DNA of 62,887 bases, the filler included, from Sphacelaria rigidula (lineage: Eukaryota): assembly GCA_964200075.2 (NCBI GenBank). It is 6 parts of 6 records of this genome, joined end to end, with 100 filler letters (N's around TTAATTAATTAA, not from the genome) between each part and the next. Parts side by side here need not be neighbours in the genome. Positions count along the whole stretch, not along the records: positions 20,997 to 31,394 come from CAXNAA020006577.1; positions 31,495 to 41,892 come from CAXNAA020006578.1; 4 more parts are not named here. One strand, given 5' to 3'. Below the pieces are notes generated by a model. It was given only the letters and a program-made list of their open reading frames with translations. It was not told where the DNA came from and did not search any database. Of this stretch, positions 23,820-37,600 are shown piece by piece (position 1 is the first letter of the stretch; every line of letters begins with the position of its first letter). The position numbers were made by a program, and so were the translations under genes.

Positions 23820-26800
23820 ATGAAACGATATCTCCTACCCAGTACAGCGATATTTCCCGACGAAAATGACGCAAATCAACTCCACGCTCCCATGTAACTT
23901 GCATGATACTCTTTCAATGTGTTTGAGAGATTACCGCTATCTTACCACCACGACCGCGGACCAGTTGATGGCCCGAAATCCTATCTACCGCAACGCGTTC
24001 CAGGGGTGCGTTCGCATCCTCGACCGTCACATGATACGGCGGAGTTTTGATCGCATACTTGGTCAACACATACTGGCTAAGCCCCAGCGGCAGTTGTTTG
24101 GGCATATCCCAGGATTCATGAGAGGGGATACACGGTTTGCATCGTAGCATCGAGACGGGATTTTTCGGTTTTAAACCAGGTTCATCCGTGGGAAAATCCC
24201 AATACAAAATGTTCGCTCTCACCGGACTCTTGTCGGGTGCGGTAGCGCTTGGACCAACAGCTAAACTTTCCCAAGGACCAGTCCAATTCAAGGATAGTTT
24301 CGCCTTCAATACTTTGCCCAAAGAGGATAATTTTGAGCTAGCCCGTTGATTGATGGTCTTCACATCGTTATATACCCATGCCTATTGGCCTACCTCCCAC
24401 ACCGGGCGGTTCTGTACCACATCATCCAACATCGAGTTCGCCCTGGCCACCTTGGTGGAACTGATGTGGTTCTGTTCTCGTACCACTTCATATGCAAGAC
24501 GAAGGCGATTGTTAACCGACGAATGATACTCTACAACATCATGATCCAGACTCTGATGTCCGCCTGTATTTTTGCATTCGGATACCGTTAAAGGTAACCT
24601 AGGCATGCGACCAATATGAACTTCATTCGGTGACAATCCCGTAGCGGCATTTACTGAATTGTTATAATTCATTTGGACAAGAGGCAGATGCAGATCCCAG
24701 TCCATCTGTCTCTCATTTGCCACAGTAGCAAGCATCTGTGCCATCGTATGGTTCACTCGTTCCGTTCCACCATCGGTGAGAGGTCCTGATGGCGCCCAAA
24801 TGAGTCGATGCCTGTGAATGGCACTCGTGTAGAACTCATGGGCGCAGGAGCATCGGGACATAGATGCGGATGGGTTCATCACCTAGCAAGCGGGGATGTC
24901 GACCTGTAGGCTTTCCCCTGGGAAGGGCTGCTGTGGGCCGGCGAACTAACAGAACTACCCCATCATCATCCGTATGCAGCATACCTTTCCGCGAAAGTTC
25001 AGTAACTCCGTCCTGTGTGGGGGCTTTGAGAGTCCCGACGGGCAAAAGAATTCGGTTCCTGAGAATGGACATGGGCAACCTTTGGATAGATGATGAATAG
25101 CTGATATACAAGCAGGTTCTGCCTGTTGTTCCCGGGCCTAGTCGACGAGGGAGAAGAGAATCAAGCGTTTCTTGAATACGCCATCTGTTGAAGCGTCTAC
25201 TTCGCGTCGGATCGGGTCGGGGTGCGGGTTGCAAGAAGCGGTGATGTTGGAATTAAGGGTGAGCCTACCAGGTGGTGTATTCTCAGACGGAACGTTAACG
25301 TCTACTCCTGCGTCGATTAGCGTAGTGGGTGTTGTGGTGGTGTTGTTAATCTCCTCACCGAGGGGGGGGGGGCACAGCCTTATGGTTGGCAGGAGCGGCA
25401 CGGTCGGGGTCGACTTTCTGGAGGCCTTGCGCCGAGGAGGTTGAGGAGGCGCAAGGAAACTATCGGGGACCGGAGTGGGGGCAGGGAGGGGAAGGTCAGG
25501 ACAAGATGAGGCTAATTTGGTGGCCGTTTCGGTGGTCCGCCGTCCACGAGTCCTACTCGACATCAAATCTCGAACTCGAACTGGTAAGACGGAGTCAGCA
25601 AAGGACAGTTCTACATCTGCTACGAAAACCATGCGCTGGCCAGTTGCACGAAAATAATCATAGCCAACAGTATTCGTAGACAGTCCATTCCAAACTGGTA
25701 CAACGATTGACGTTGCAAGCTGCCTAGAACTGATGCGTGGGCTGTGGTCGTCAACCCACCCATGCCTAAAGCCGGCGTTTCTCTCAGTGAAAGTGGTGTG
25801 TAGAGACTACTATGTCCATTCCTGCTAATGAAACATACAACGTCTTCGGTGGGATCGGTGATACGTCCCATGGGGGATTCATCGATAGGTTGAAACACGG
25901 GATCTCATGAATTGGGGATGGATCTTTTCTTAGGGATGAGAAACTCGGAGAATGAAAATCTTCGTATCCACACCAAATCTACGAGATATTGTTCCACTTC
26001 TTCACCTACTGATAGCTGTTGACAAGTGCTACACGCCATCGGAATTTGGATTTCGATCACTGAAATGTTGGGTTTCTAGGTGAAAAACCAATTCTGGGGA
26101 ATTCCGGGTGTCCGAACGGACGCCAAAACGGTTCCGAAATTGGTTTTCACCTAGGACCCCAACATTTCGGTGATAGAGATCCAAATTTCTATGGCGTGTA
26201 GCAGTTGTCAATAGCTATCAGTAAGTGAAAAAATGGAACAATATTTCGGAGATGTCGTGTGGATACGAAGATTTTGATTGTCCGGGTTTATCATCCCCAA
26301 TAAAAGATCCATACCCAATTTGTAAGATCCCGTGTTTTGAGCTGGTGTGGGCAAGCGTGACAGAAAGACGGCGTTTGCATTTTGCGGACCTGTGCGATAT
26401 TTCAACTGGAAGTTGTAAGACGACAGGATTTCGAACCAGTGTTGTACCCTAGCGTTGTGTTCCGCCATTTTGGCAAGGCTTTTCCAAAGACGTATGATCC
26501 GTATAAATCACAAACGGGATGTCATACAAATACTGACGCAGACGTCGCATGCCCTGGACAACTGCGCCGGCCTCTTATTCGATGACAGACCAATTCTGTT
26601 CATTTGGAAAAGTGGTGCGACTCAGATATACAATGGGACGAAAAGTAGCATCGTCTTGCTCCTGTTCTAATGTGCAGCCAAACCCAATTTTGGAAGAATC
26701 TGTGTGGAGACGGAAAGGGCGGGAACCATGTTCCGCTGCCGACCAGTCGGGGAAGACGAGAATCGGTGGGCGCGAAAGGGTGTCGAGAAGACGGCGGACG

Positions 26801-29800
26801 GCTTTTTCCATTTCCGATGTGAACATGAATCTCACCCCTTTTCTGAGAAGGGTGATGGGGGGTTTCAGCGTTTGGGCAAGGTTTGGCAAGTACTGCCTGT
26901 AGTAGCTGAGACCTCCCAACAAGGAACGCAGCTGAGAAATATCCCGTGGCATGGGCATATCGGCGAGAGCGGCGACCTTGTTGAGGTTTGGGCTACGACC
27001 TTCGGGGGTGATGCAATGACCCAAGAGCTCGATCTTCGTGGCGCCAATGCGGGGTTTGAAGGGGGCGAGTTTCAAGTTGTGTTGTTCAACCGATTCAAGA
27101 ATGATGCCAACTATTCGACGTGCTCAGCCGGTTCGGAGTCGTGGCACACTGCATCATCAAGGTACATGTGGCATTTGGGGAATCCATCAGTTACACGGAA
27201 CATTACACGTTGAAACGCACCTGGAGCTCCGGCGGTACCTTGTGGTGTAACCAGCCACTCGTACAAACCTGATGGCGTGCAAAACGCCGCCAGTTCAATA
27301 GAATTCGGATCCATCACGAATTGATGGTAGCCGGACTGCATGTCAAAGTTCGAAAATATCTTACCCCCGCCAAAAGAGCCAATAATTTCATCAATCCGTG
27401 TAAGTGGCAGCCTGGCGATTTTGGTGACAGCGTTCAATCGTTAATAATTGACCGTCAGTCTATTTTTGCCATTCTTCTTGCGGACAACTACTAAAGGCGA
27501 GGCCCACGGAGACGTCGAGTGCCGAATTAAATCGGCGGATAAGTAACCATCGAGGATTACTTGGATCTTATCCGCTAAGAGGGGGTTCGTACGGTACGAA
27601 CGCATAGCAATAGGTGGAGTGCCATCAGGGATTTTTATCTTGAACGGTGTCGTGGTACATTGACCTAAATCTAAGGGTGCAGTAGAAAACTGTTCAGAAT
27701 ATCTAATCAAGATGGACCTCAATCTATGGACTACAGTGGGTGTCCAACCATCGCCGGATAGATCAAAAACAATATGCCGCAAATAAGGGGGGTGTCATCC
27801 CACAACTTTTGAAAACTGGCGCGTTGTTCTGGGGAAAATCTATCCAGTTTTGCAGTTGGGGGTTTAGGTTCAGGCGCATCTAGTGGGTTTGTTACCACCA
27901 TGGGGTCAGGCATGTGTAGCGGAGGGGGGGCCGTGGGTTTCGGAGGGTCGGTTGACAAGTTGGTGTGCGCAGGCGGGCACACATCTGACAGGGCAGTTCG
28001 TACAAGAGGCGCTTGAGCATAACCCAACAACTGCCCGTTGAGTATATCGAAACATGCAGGGGAGTATGGCCTGCCTACCTTCATGAAAAAATACTTCGGT
28101 CTGTTCAAACGGATCAACCTGTGATTGGTCAGGATTAAGCAATTCGACCAAATAGTGTCCTGTGAGGGCGGGCGATCCATTGCGTCTCACGAGGTTCACA
28201 TGGATACGTTGGGGTTCACGAGAAAGCGAGACTACGTGTTCACCAACATGGTACAGGCGGAAAGCACCACCTATTTGTGTGGATCATCCTCGTAGGCATG
28301 AGCCCTCGAATCAGTGTCGAAGTGACTCAGTGACAGTTTGCCTGTAACTGGACGGTTCGGGACAGGTGTGTCAGACGTATATGTGTGTGTGGGAAAACGA
28401 AGCCAACTATCTCGACCCAACAAAACATCGAAAGACATGGAACCGTCGGGCACAATCAGTGCCCATACGGATAATCGAGCAGTGAGAGTAGTGTCCTGGA
28501 AGAATTGTACACTGAGTCTCACCGATTGATTAACCGTAAGAGATATGGAGGAACCAAACCCGCCAAAAACACGAGGGTGCACGGTGGACAGACAATGCTC
28601 ATCCGCCGCGCCCGGGTTGATCATCTGTTGCCAGCAGCTGGCTGTAATGAACGTACGAGGCGAACCTGAGTCTGGGAGTGCACGAGCTGTCAAATGACAG
28701 TTTGAACGCGCTCCACTATGTAAACCTATCTCAGTCGTGAAAGGAGCATCATCCATAGTTGCAGTACCACTGCAAAATCGGGCCCGAATTCGGGTAAGAC
28801 ATCCGACACATCCTGCTTTGCGTTTTGAACGAAGATGCTGAAATACACCCGTTGATGATCCTGTGGAACAAGCTTTTGGTCGGAAGGATTGTGCGTGCGT
28901 GGAGTGTCAGGGTTTGTGCCTGAAATATTTGTTTCATCATATCAGTCGAGGATTGAATCTCATATATTGCAACGGAGGGGCGGTGCCGGGGAAGGGCAGT
29001 TGTCGTGGTTGGACCCGACAACTGATTCATGCGTGGTGTTTCACCCTTATTGGCCAACAGAGGGGGCGGATCGTCATTGTGCAAAGCGGGATCAATTTAA
29101 TCATCCAGCTTGGTCGGAACGGAGGACGATTCATCGGGGCGCAATGTTGAGTTTGATACGCCAATCAACTCAATACCGTCACTAGTTAGGGCCAATATGG
29201 GAGGTTTCGGAGACGATTCGCCAGGACGTGGGGTCGGTACAGCTGTGCTGTTCAACCCGGCGTCTACTATAGAGGCCAACGTGGACGAGTTAGGAGACGA
29301 GTCGTCCTGCGTAGCACTTGGTCTGCCTGGTGACGAACACACGATTGGGGTTTATTCATGACTAGGATGTGAACGTCCATGAGTCGGCGGAGTCTGTCCC
29401 TACAGACGGCGACGCTGCATCGGAAATGGGTTCTAACGCAGTGCACGAGGGGTGGGTAGGGAGCAGTAACGATCTGTTCGAAAGCTGGGAAGTACCGGCC
29501 TTTTCCACTTTAAGGCTTTCATCTGTTTGAGCCCACACGCAATCTCTTCCTTAGAGTTCACGTGCGCTTGCTACATCAGGGTTATCTACATGATCATCTG
29601 GAGGAGCCCGCGTAGGGTGACGCGTATAGCGCACGAAAGGGTCGGCGGCTCCAGGAGCTAATGAAATGAGTTCTCGGACAGTCGAACCTAGGTCACGCTC
29701 TTGGCGCACCACCTGAGTCGCTGTCACTTGGGTTTCCATTCCAACCCGCTGAGCGACGAAAAGCATGGGTTCTTTGCGGTTGCGACCCTTCAAGGAATAA

Positions 29801-31321
29801 TTACGCTCATCAAATAAAAGGGAACAGGGTACCGGAGGTTTTGCGGAACTAGGTAGGATGGTTAGCCGGGCACTCAAGCAGCTGGGAGGATGCTTGATTG
29901 TGTGGCTTTGAATTTGGTATCTTCCAATGAACAGGCGAAGGGGCAGCGTCTACTGTATCAGAAGATATTTCGGCTCCGGATGCGTTAGAAACCGCACTAC
30001 ATGACTTCCTCTCCCTCGAAGAGAGGGGATTCGATTGAATATGATTATTACCTGGTGGATGTAAAACTGGGTGATTAAATCCAGAATTTAAACGTTGGGA
30101 TTGGTCACTGCTCAATTGATAGTCATGAAATGGTGCATGGGCCTCGACTGTCTTCGAACCCTTCAAGGCAGTGTAAGCATATCCAGGGAACCCACACCAC
30201 ATGGTTGAACCATCGGTAGCGGCCGTTGATTCACGTGTGTGGTGTCTGTGACCTGACCGAGCGAAAGAAAATTGTTGGGTATTTCTGCGGTGAGTCACCG
30301 GCGAACGTTGCTTCCTAATTGTGGAATTGTGCTGACGAATGAGGAATGAACGGTCATCAGAAGTAGAAAACGAACAGACGGGTGGCGGCGCTTAGGTTTT
30401 GGGTTCAGCAAACCGTCCTGGGTTACCCCACTGTATGCTATTTGGAATCTCCGAACTTGTAGAACGTTCCCAAAACGTTGTGAAGTTGTGAGGTGAGCAT
30501 CAGTGTTGTGTGGGTACCGCCCTATCGGGGTGCAGCCGCAGCACGAGGTCCTCTCATGTGTAAACGTTTATCGTTTTGTGATTGGGCCGGTGAATGTGGT
30601 TGAAAGTGTGCAAGGTCAGGTGGTTCAGGCGTTGGACAACGTTAGCGATTATCAGTACCGTCAAATCGGTTGTCGCAGTCGGAGCGGTGCAGGCGACTTT
30701 ACAAACGCAGTTGTGACTGCCAGGCTTGCCAATATAGTGAAAAAGAGTGCGAAGCTTCTGAGTGTATTTTTGCTATCAGCTTATATTCTTGCTCCGCAAT
30801 TTCTAGAGCCTTCGTGGATTCGCGCATCGCGCGATCTAGTTCGCTCTGTTCCGTTGGATTTTTCCCGGGGTGGACATCTACATTACGGGGTACCTGCGTG
30901 GGCTCCTGGACCCCTGGAATACCCTCATGTTGATCCGCCTCGAGGCGGGCAAATTCCAAGTCTGTCAACGCACGGTTAATCTGTCTAAGACTGTTGTTTC
31001 GAATCTGGTGCCAGCACTCGGTTTGTTCCGTCACCGGAAAATTGTACCAGTGGCGCGGGGGAATGAAGGCTGGGAGAGGCTGCCTAAGCTGGTATTATGC
31101 TTCGTCACACGTGGGCGGGAATTTGTTCCGATTTGGGCGGCGTATCAACAGCCAGAGTGGGGCGATTATGGGGTTCAGCACCGGATTGGTTGCGGAGGTT
31201 ATCGTCAAGAACGGTTTCCGTAGCATTAGGGCTCACGTGGAGAGATGCCATCTCAGAATGAAAAGTGGGAACACCGTCAGTGTTTTGTGTGGCTATTTGG
31301 TGTACAGCGGAGTGTGCGCCA
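23820..31321 (-). mobile_element. Decayed Ty3/gypsy internal region (gag-PR-RT-RH-INT-chromo-like), cut at the contig end; LTRs not identified
   Basis: PR ALPDSGS (28271-28756). RT SPWASPLVVVRKKNG..RLTVNY, FDMQSGYHQ, PQG, YLDD (27111-27782). LRSLLGGLSYYR and LHTDSSKIGFG (RNase H; 26575-27075). INT TERVNHTMAQML...YNNSVNAATGLSP (24382-24882). KLSLNWTGPW (GPY/F motif). Many stops and frameshifts. Confidence 0.93.
25894..26336. mobile_element. Foldback MITE (443 bp, ~200-bp arms) inserted in gypsy element 2
   Basis: Termini AACACGGGATCT / AGATCCCGTGTT with 4-bp TSD TTGA (25890-25893, 26337-26340). Excision restores the pol frame LSRLPTPAQ|PIDES. Confidence 0.88.
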
Positions 31322-31394
31322 AGGGGGGGAGAGGGGGGCGTACTCATTTATTGCTTGCCTTAGTCGTTTGACCATTGACTACGCATCCCTGTCG

Positions 31395-31494
31395 NNNNNN
31401 NNNNNNNNNNNNNNNNNNNNNNNNNNNNNNNNNNNNNNTTAATTAATTAANNNNNNNNNNNNNNNNNNNNNNNNNNNNNNNNNNNNNNNNNNNN
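31395..31494. other. Artificial 100-bp contig spacer
   Basis: N-TTAATTAATTAA-N linker. Confidence 0.97.
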
Positions 31495-32220
31495 ACCTTT
31501 GTTCACGTCCCGCATTTCCCCCTCTAGCCCGTCCCGTTCCTCCTTGCATAGTTCACATTCTGCCACTATATGACTTCTGCACTCTTTTCCCTTGCCACAG
31601 AGGCAGTTATGTCCATCTACTTCCTCCTTTCGACTACTGGTATATCTCTTCCTTCTTTCTGGCAGGTCCAGGACCCCCACCCGAAATCGCAGTTTCAGAT
31701 TTTTCGCAGCGTCTATTAGGCCATGCAAATATGCTTTCATTCCAATCCCTTCTCTCAACCACCCGTATATCTCCAGGTGTTTTTCCTCGTCTACCTTGCG
31801 TCTGAGCGCTCCTTTTCCCCTTATTTCTACCATATATCATATTTTTGGTTTGTGCCCCGCGTCTTCACCTGTGGACAGTATTTCGTCTTGGTTTCCGCAT
31901 ATCTCCTTCCACACTTTCTCGACTTCTATGCCCCCTTATTCCAGCCTGCCATTTCGTACTTCTCTTCCATACAGCCCTATCAACTATAGCTGACAATTTC
32001 TTTCTCTGCATGTTCTTTACCTTATATTGCCGTCGCAATTTCCTCATGTCCCTGTTTGTTTCAAGTGGGCACATTCCCAACCCTGCTCTCAAAACTGTAT
32101 TACTCGTCGTTTTCGAGCATCCCAAGTATCTTCTTTGCTACTGCCATCTGTACTATTTCCAACCTCTCCACCAACTTCCACGTTTCCCTCCTATACTTCT
32201 CCTGCATATAGCAGGAAACG
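31495..32220 (-). mobile_element. LINE (non-LTR) ORF2 C-terminal fragment, frameshifted
   Basis: Post-RT motif LGCSKTTSNTVLRAGLGMCPLE and C-terminal LKLRFRVG.LDL...C.CG..KEC.SHIVAEC zinc-knuckle-like motif. Confidence 0.75.
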
Positions 32221-32519
32221 GTATTGGTAAGGCGAGCCTACGTCTGTGACCACGGGTTCGCGAGATCGGACTAATGTGCGGAAATAATAGCAATAATAAT
32301 AATTGCAGCTTTGGTGCGATTACGTCCATCAGGATACATATCCTAATCTTAGTGTCTAGGTGCGGGTCTCTGAATCACGTCCACGTCCAACTTGCCTATC
32401 TGTGCCTCACCCTTTTGAAGGGGAGGAGTTGAAAGTGGGAACGAAAAACTGTGTATACAACCTCGTATATATATGTACAACGCTTTGTTCTCCTTCAACT
32501 TATTTTTCTGTTATTTACT

Positions 32520-32693
32520 TTTTGTGTACGTCGTAGTCTACTATGTCGTTCTGTTCTACTTTTTCTTCTTTCTTTTCTTTTTCTTCGGCGAGTGTGTCAA
32601 TTCTGTTTTGTCTTGGGTACGTCTATCATGCGACCACGGCTGGATCTCTGGGGGGTCATTTAAAGCGCGACAATCAAATCAGAATCAAATCAA
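32520..32693 (+). mobile_element. 5'-truncated retroposon 3' end with (AATC)n tail; other copies at 47083-47136, ~53750-53812, 58310-58400 (-), 60790-60962
   Basis: Shared core catg.gaccacggctgga.c.ctgggggg.tca.ttaaag.gcgacaatcaa(tc)n. Confidence 0.75.
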
Positions 32694-32806
32694 TGTATGT
32701 AAGGAATAGTAGCGGCCTTACTGGAAAGGCAAGCCTACGTCTGTGAGCATGGGTTCGAATTATCGGGCTCATGTACGGAAATAGATGAAAACTCCCCTTC
32801 TTTCAC

Positions 32807-33312
32807 CTGTCTTCCGCCTCACGCGTCCGAACCCTCAGCCTCTCTAGCTCGCTCTTCAGTCTCCGGTTGTACGAAATTAACCACGCATCCACCCCTGCCT
32901 CCACGTCTGCCCCCTCCCCACCTTCCGCTAACCGCCCTTTCTTAGCATCATCACCATAATCACCAAACGTCTCCACATCAGATCCGCTGTTTTTGGAACC
33001 GATCCGCTGCGACCCGCTTTGCGGATCATCGTCGCGCGAACCGGTCATATCTTCTTCCCCATCTTCTCCTGCTACGGCTGTGTTGTTGCCACGGCTGCCG
33101 TGCTGTGGTGCGGATCTTTGATCCGTGAGGCTTGTGTGCCGATGGGTATCGAATTCCGAGTTGGACTCATCCCGTGTACGAGTAGTGTCATCATCCACGC
33201 TAGTGCCGCGGTTGTTGACGTGGAGGTGGTCGTCGCTTGTTGTTGCCTGGGCGTTTAATCCTCCTCCATAGATGCCTTCCAAGATCCGGATCTTTTCCCT
33301 CATGGCTTCCAC
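32807..33312 (-). CDS. Internal exon of a CASP (CUX1-related Golgi coiled-coil protein, COY1-like) gene
   Basis: Acceptor cgcag|GTG and donor AG|GTGAAA. VEAMREKIRILEGI...VDAWLISYNRRLKSELERLRV resembles the CASP pattern V..LR.K..IL...L.LL.KNR.L..EL..L+, with a long low-complexity insert. Confidence 0.6.
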
Positions 33313-34258
33313 CTGCGAATGTTCGAATGTTGTTACTCATCACTGCATGTACATGTATCATTTCACATTTTTCACCACTTTTGCCGAGTTTTCTCTGGCG
33401 GCAAGGCATTTTTTCACGCGCTTTTTTCGCAGCGCACCAAGAAGGCTCAGCGGTACATTACCGTTTAGGTTTGAGTGCCATCTGATACCTGTGGCACGTG
33501 TTCTGGCCACCGAAAGTCGCTCAAACTGGCTCTTTTTCGCATGAAAACCTTTTCAAGATTACGTGAAACTCGAAACGGGAACCCGAACCACAAAAAGCCG
33601 GTTAAAGATCATGGAAAACTTCAAACAGGATAACTTTTGGCGCGGTATTCTTTCCCCATGTTCCTCTTTGTCGCGTTCTCATTCCTTTGGGAACACGAAC
33701 ACACCGGTTGTGCCGTCAATGTCACGAGAACATGAGAGCAAAGCAGTTGAATACAATTGAACACTGCCTTGGCCTTGGTCAGCAACGAACACAAGACCGT
33801 GCAATGGGCCGTTGGTGAGATGAACAAGGCACAGCAGCACGGCAGCACAGGAATGCTTGGCCACAAAAAGCAATCACCCTGTTGAAACAAAGTCCCGGTG
33901 ACGTGGAAGCCACAGCAATTTACAAACAACATGCCAAGAATATTCCACGCATTCCAATTTTTTCTGCAAGTGCCTCCCGCTGTCATGTCTTTGTGGCACG
34001 AGAGCAAGTTCGCACTCTTGCGCTTCGATAATACCACACACGTCCTACGCCCGCGGTTCCGCAGTCGGCCTCTGTCCGAATTTCCATATTTCCGCACGAC
34101 ATCCGATCACACATGCGATATTTTGTACAGTCACGATCACTACCGTATATCGAGATACAACAGCCTCTCTCATCCATATATTTTCGATTTGTGTCACCTC
34201 CGGGAGGCCCGTACCAACCTCCCGAAGGGGAACCTCGCAACTATTATAACATCATTTA

Positions 34259-34620
34259 TGAGGAAGGCGTATCGCTACGGTAGACAGGGACCTACGGGTA
34301 AGACTGTCGTTGGAGATGTCCTGACGCCGAAGAAACTCCGAGGCTGGGCGATGATTCCCTCTTGTGTAATGCAGGCAAGAAGGAGATCAGACGATAGAAG
34401 TGATCCACCGTGAGGCGGACCCTTTTCCTAGGGGCGAAGTTCGGGCACCCTGATACCAGTCACCTGGCATCCCCCCGACTTGTCTAGTATCGTTGGTCTT
34501 ACAGGTTCCTGGTATTTTAATCCTTTCGAACCGTTCCTACCCCGTACCTGCATGCGCTGGTTCTTCATACATGTGTCGCATCAATCTCTGGTGTGTCATT
34601 GCAAAGAGGTGTCTTCCACA
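34259..34620 (-). repeat. 3' LTR of gypsy element 3 (TG...CA)
   Basis: TGAGGAAG...CTTCCACA. Adjacent cttccccct is the PPT (AGGGGGAAG on -). Roughly mid-80s % identity to the other LTR by eye. Confidence 0.92.
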
Positions 34621-37600
34621 CTTCCCCCCTTTATGCGCCTCAAGCCCACCAGGACTGTGGCTGATGGGACGAGGTTATCATCGTCTTCGCTGATGATATA
34701 TTCGTGGAAACGCCTTTGGGTGATAATCATTGATTGAGTCACGCCGCTGCTAATCGCAAACGTAGCCCTCCTCTATACTGTGGCTTGAGTAAACATCTCC
34801 AGCGAACTTAGTCACCAGTGGCCAATAACAGTGTATGCATTTGCAAAACCTTTGATTTCGGTATTTTTTGCCATGTAACTGTGTGATATGTGACATATTT
34901 CCATTAGATGCATTTGCACTTTGGAGCTGGTTGCATCTGCTAGTTACACATGATGGGCACTGGGACACTTTTCGATTCACGGAGTCCTGGGTTATTTATC
35001 CTCGGATCCTGGGATGCATTCGGATCCGCGGACAACTGAGTAAGACAAAGTCCTCGCAAGGCGGTGGGCATGATGTTTTATCCTGTGAGCATTATGCTCT
35101 TCGGCGAAACATCATCGGAATGACCCTTGCTTGTTGTCAGCACCTACCCCCATTGCTGAAAGGATACCTTCCTTGGGAAGTTGTACCCTCATCACCGCTG
35201 ACATGTCAGATGTAACTCCGTTCGTGTCTGTATTGTTCTGACATCGTTTTATTTGAAATTCTCACTGATTTCCGAATTTTAACTCGAGGCTACTGTTCAA
35301 CCCTTGAGCGTGTTGCTTGGACGCTAGATCAGTCTGTTGAGCAACCACTTCTGTTTCCGTTTCCTGGTGTTTGTGGATTGCGGATCTGGCCGTGGGCATT
35401 CTGCTAGCCCCTCATCATGTCGATACTTCTCAATGTGATATTTACATTGTGGTACTCTATCGGCTCGGTAAATTAGGTCGCCTGCTGGGCTGTAGCCTCC
35501 GATATTTATAGTTATGAAGACTTCTCCGACCTGGTCCTGAAGTGTGGCCTCTGGAGCGTGGCCTACCACTTTTTCCACCACGTCACGCTCTATTTTAGGT
35601 CACGTTTCGTCTGTTTGGTCTATCTGCGGAAAACGTATCCGATTGCCTAGAAACAACTCGCTCAACTTATCGAAATCTGGTGCTGGCGGTGTCTCTCTAG
35701 GGTGGTATTTCTTCAAGTGAGCGAGATGTACAGACACTTCTTTGGATTTGTCGCCCAGTTTGATTCTATAAACAACCGACGATAGTCTCTCGCTTATAGT
35801 GGAAGGTCCTCTCCATGGTGATTGGAGCTTCGGCTTTGGGACCCTCTGAGTCTTGGTACGATTTGTAAAGAGGTACTTTTTGACCGGTTTAAACACTGCG
35901 AACGACTTTGACTTGCTCTTCTTGTTTTCTTGCTCATTCGCTCTTTCTCGTAAAGTCTGTCTCTCAAGTTCAAATCCCAACTGTAAGTGTTGCCATATTT
36001 CTTTTGAAAACTCTTCGGATATTGCTGCTTGGCTTTCCTCCGGCATGCCGAGGATGACGTCGACCGTCAATCTGGGCTGTCTTACGAATATCAAAAAGTA
36101 CGGTGTCTCGTGCACGGTGTTGTGGTATGAGGTTTTGTACGTCATTTACACGAAGAAAGAAATCACGCCCAATTTTTGTTTCCAACAGACATATGCATTG
36201 CTAGCATCGCGTGCATAGTAGAGTGAACTCGCTCCGGCACTGGATTACCTTGCGGGCGTAACGGTGTCGTGCGAGTTTTATTGAAACCCAACTCTTGTTG
36301 CAGTGCGTCTATTAGCTTGCTTTCAAATTTGGCTCCTTGGTCGGAATGCAGCTTTTCCGGGATGAAAAATGTAGTGAAGACTCTACCAATGAGAATTTTG
36401 GCTATCGAGGTAGGCTCTTTTTTCGGTACCAAAATGAGTAGAGCATACCTGGTGAGGCGGTCCATTACGAACAGTATATATTTACATAGTACTTCAGCGT
36501 GTGACATCGAAGATGTTTTGTATTCGACCAGGTCCACCGACACTCTTTCGTATGGCCGTTCTACCGGAAAGTGTTCCACCGGCAATTGTTTCCGGTTGTG
36601 GGCCGTTTTTCGGCGTTGGCAACCTTGACATCTAAGGCACTAATCCTTTCTATCGCGGTTCATCATTGACGGCCACCAATATTTCCGCCGGATATTGTCG
36701 TAGGTTCGCTTAAAGCCCAAGTGGCCTCCGGACAGTGCATGGTCGTGATATGAGTGTAGCACAAAGCCTACCAAGGACTTTGGGAACATAAGCTGGTCAT
36801 GGAATGCACTTCGTTTTTCCATGTGTCCAGGCAGATATGATTTGAGTAGCACCCCGTCTTGTACTGAAAAGCATGACATGGATGTGATCGATACTTTCAC
36901 TGGAATTGGAGCGTCCTCTTCAGTAATATATTGGATGTGGGGTCCGTTCTCGAGTGCTTGCTCTTTTTGCAATTTTTTGCGGTCGACTGATATTAAACGT
37001 TTGTGGCGCTCGCGTATACTGATGACACGGTGAACAGCTCTCTGTCGCTTTGTGCCGGTTTCGAACTGTTAAGCTTATCAGCTGATATTTGGAACTGGTG
37101 TTGTGGTTTACTTGTTTGCAACGCGGGGCCATCCGGTACGTGACGACATGTTGGTTTAAGTAACGGCTAGATTCCAGTCTCTTGTCGCTGCTCGAAAGCG
37201 AATAGTCGTGAAAGAGTGTCCGGAATGACATGAAGTTCCCCCGGTTTGTGTCTGACCGCGAAACCGTATGATTGTAGAGCGATCGCCCAACTGGTCAACA
37301 TGTTGCTCGTATCTTGCATTGCATATTGATATCGGAGAGCTGCATGATCAGCTACACACGTAAATTGGCGGCCCCATAAGAAAGGTCTTAAATCCTGAAT
37401 GGGTGGCACGACCGCATAACATTCTTTCATAGTGGGTAAGTAGCGAGATTGAGCGTCGTTGCAACGTTGACGAAAGTATGCTACGGTTGCGTCGTCGTCA
37501 CCCTTCTTCGGGGACAGCTACGCTCCCGCGCCTCGGTCTGACGCATCGACATTTATCGTAAAGTCTTCAGTGAAATCTGGAAAATGAAGGACGGGTGCCT

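Noticed and set aside
9783-33312. Joining the orphan exon at 9783-10101 and the CASP-like exon into one minus-strand gene
   Set aside because: They lie on different contigs separated by artificial spacers.
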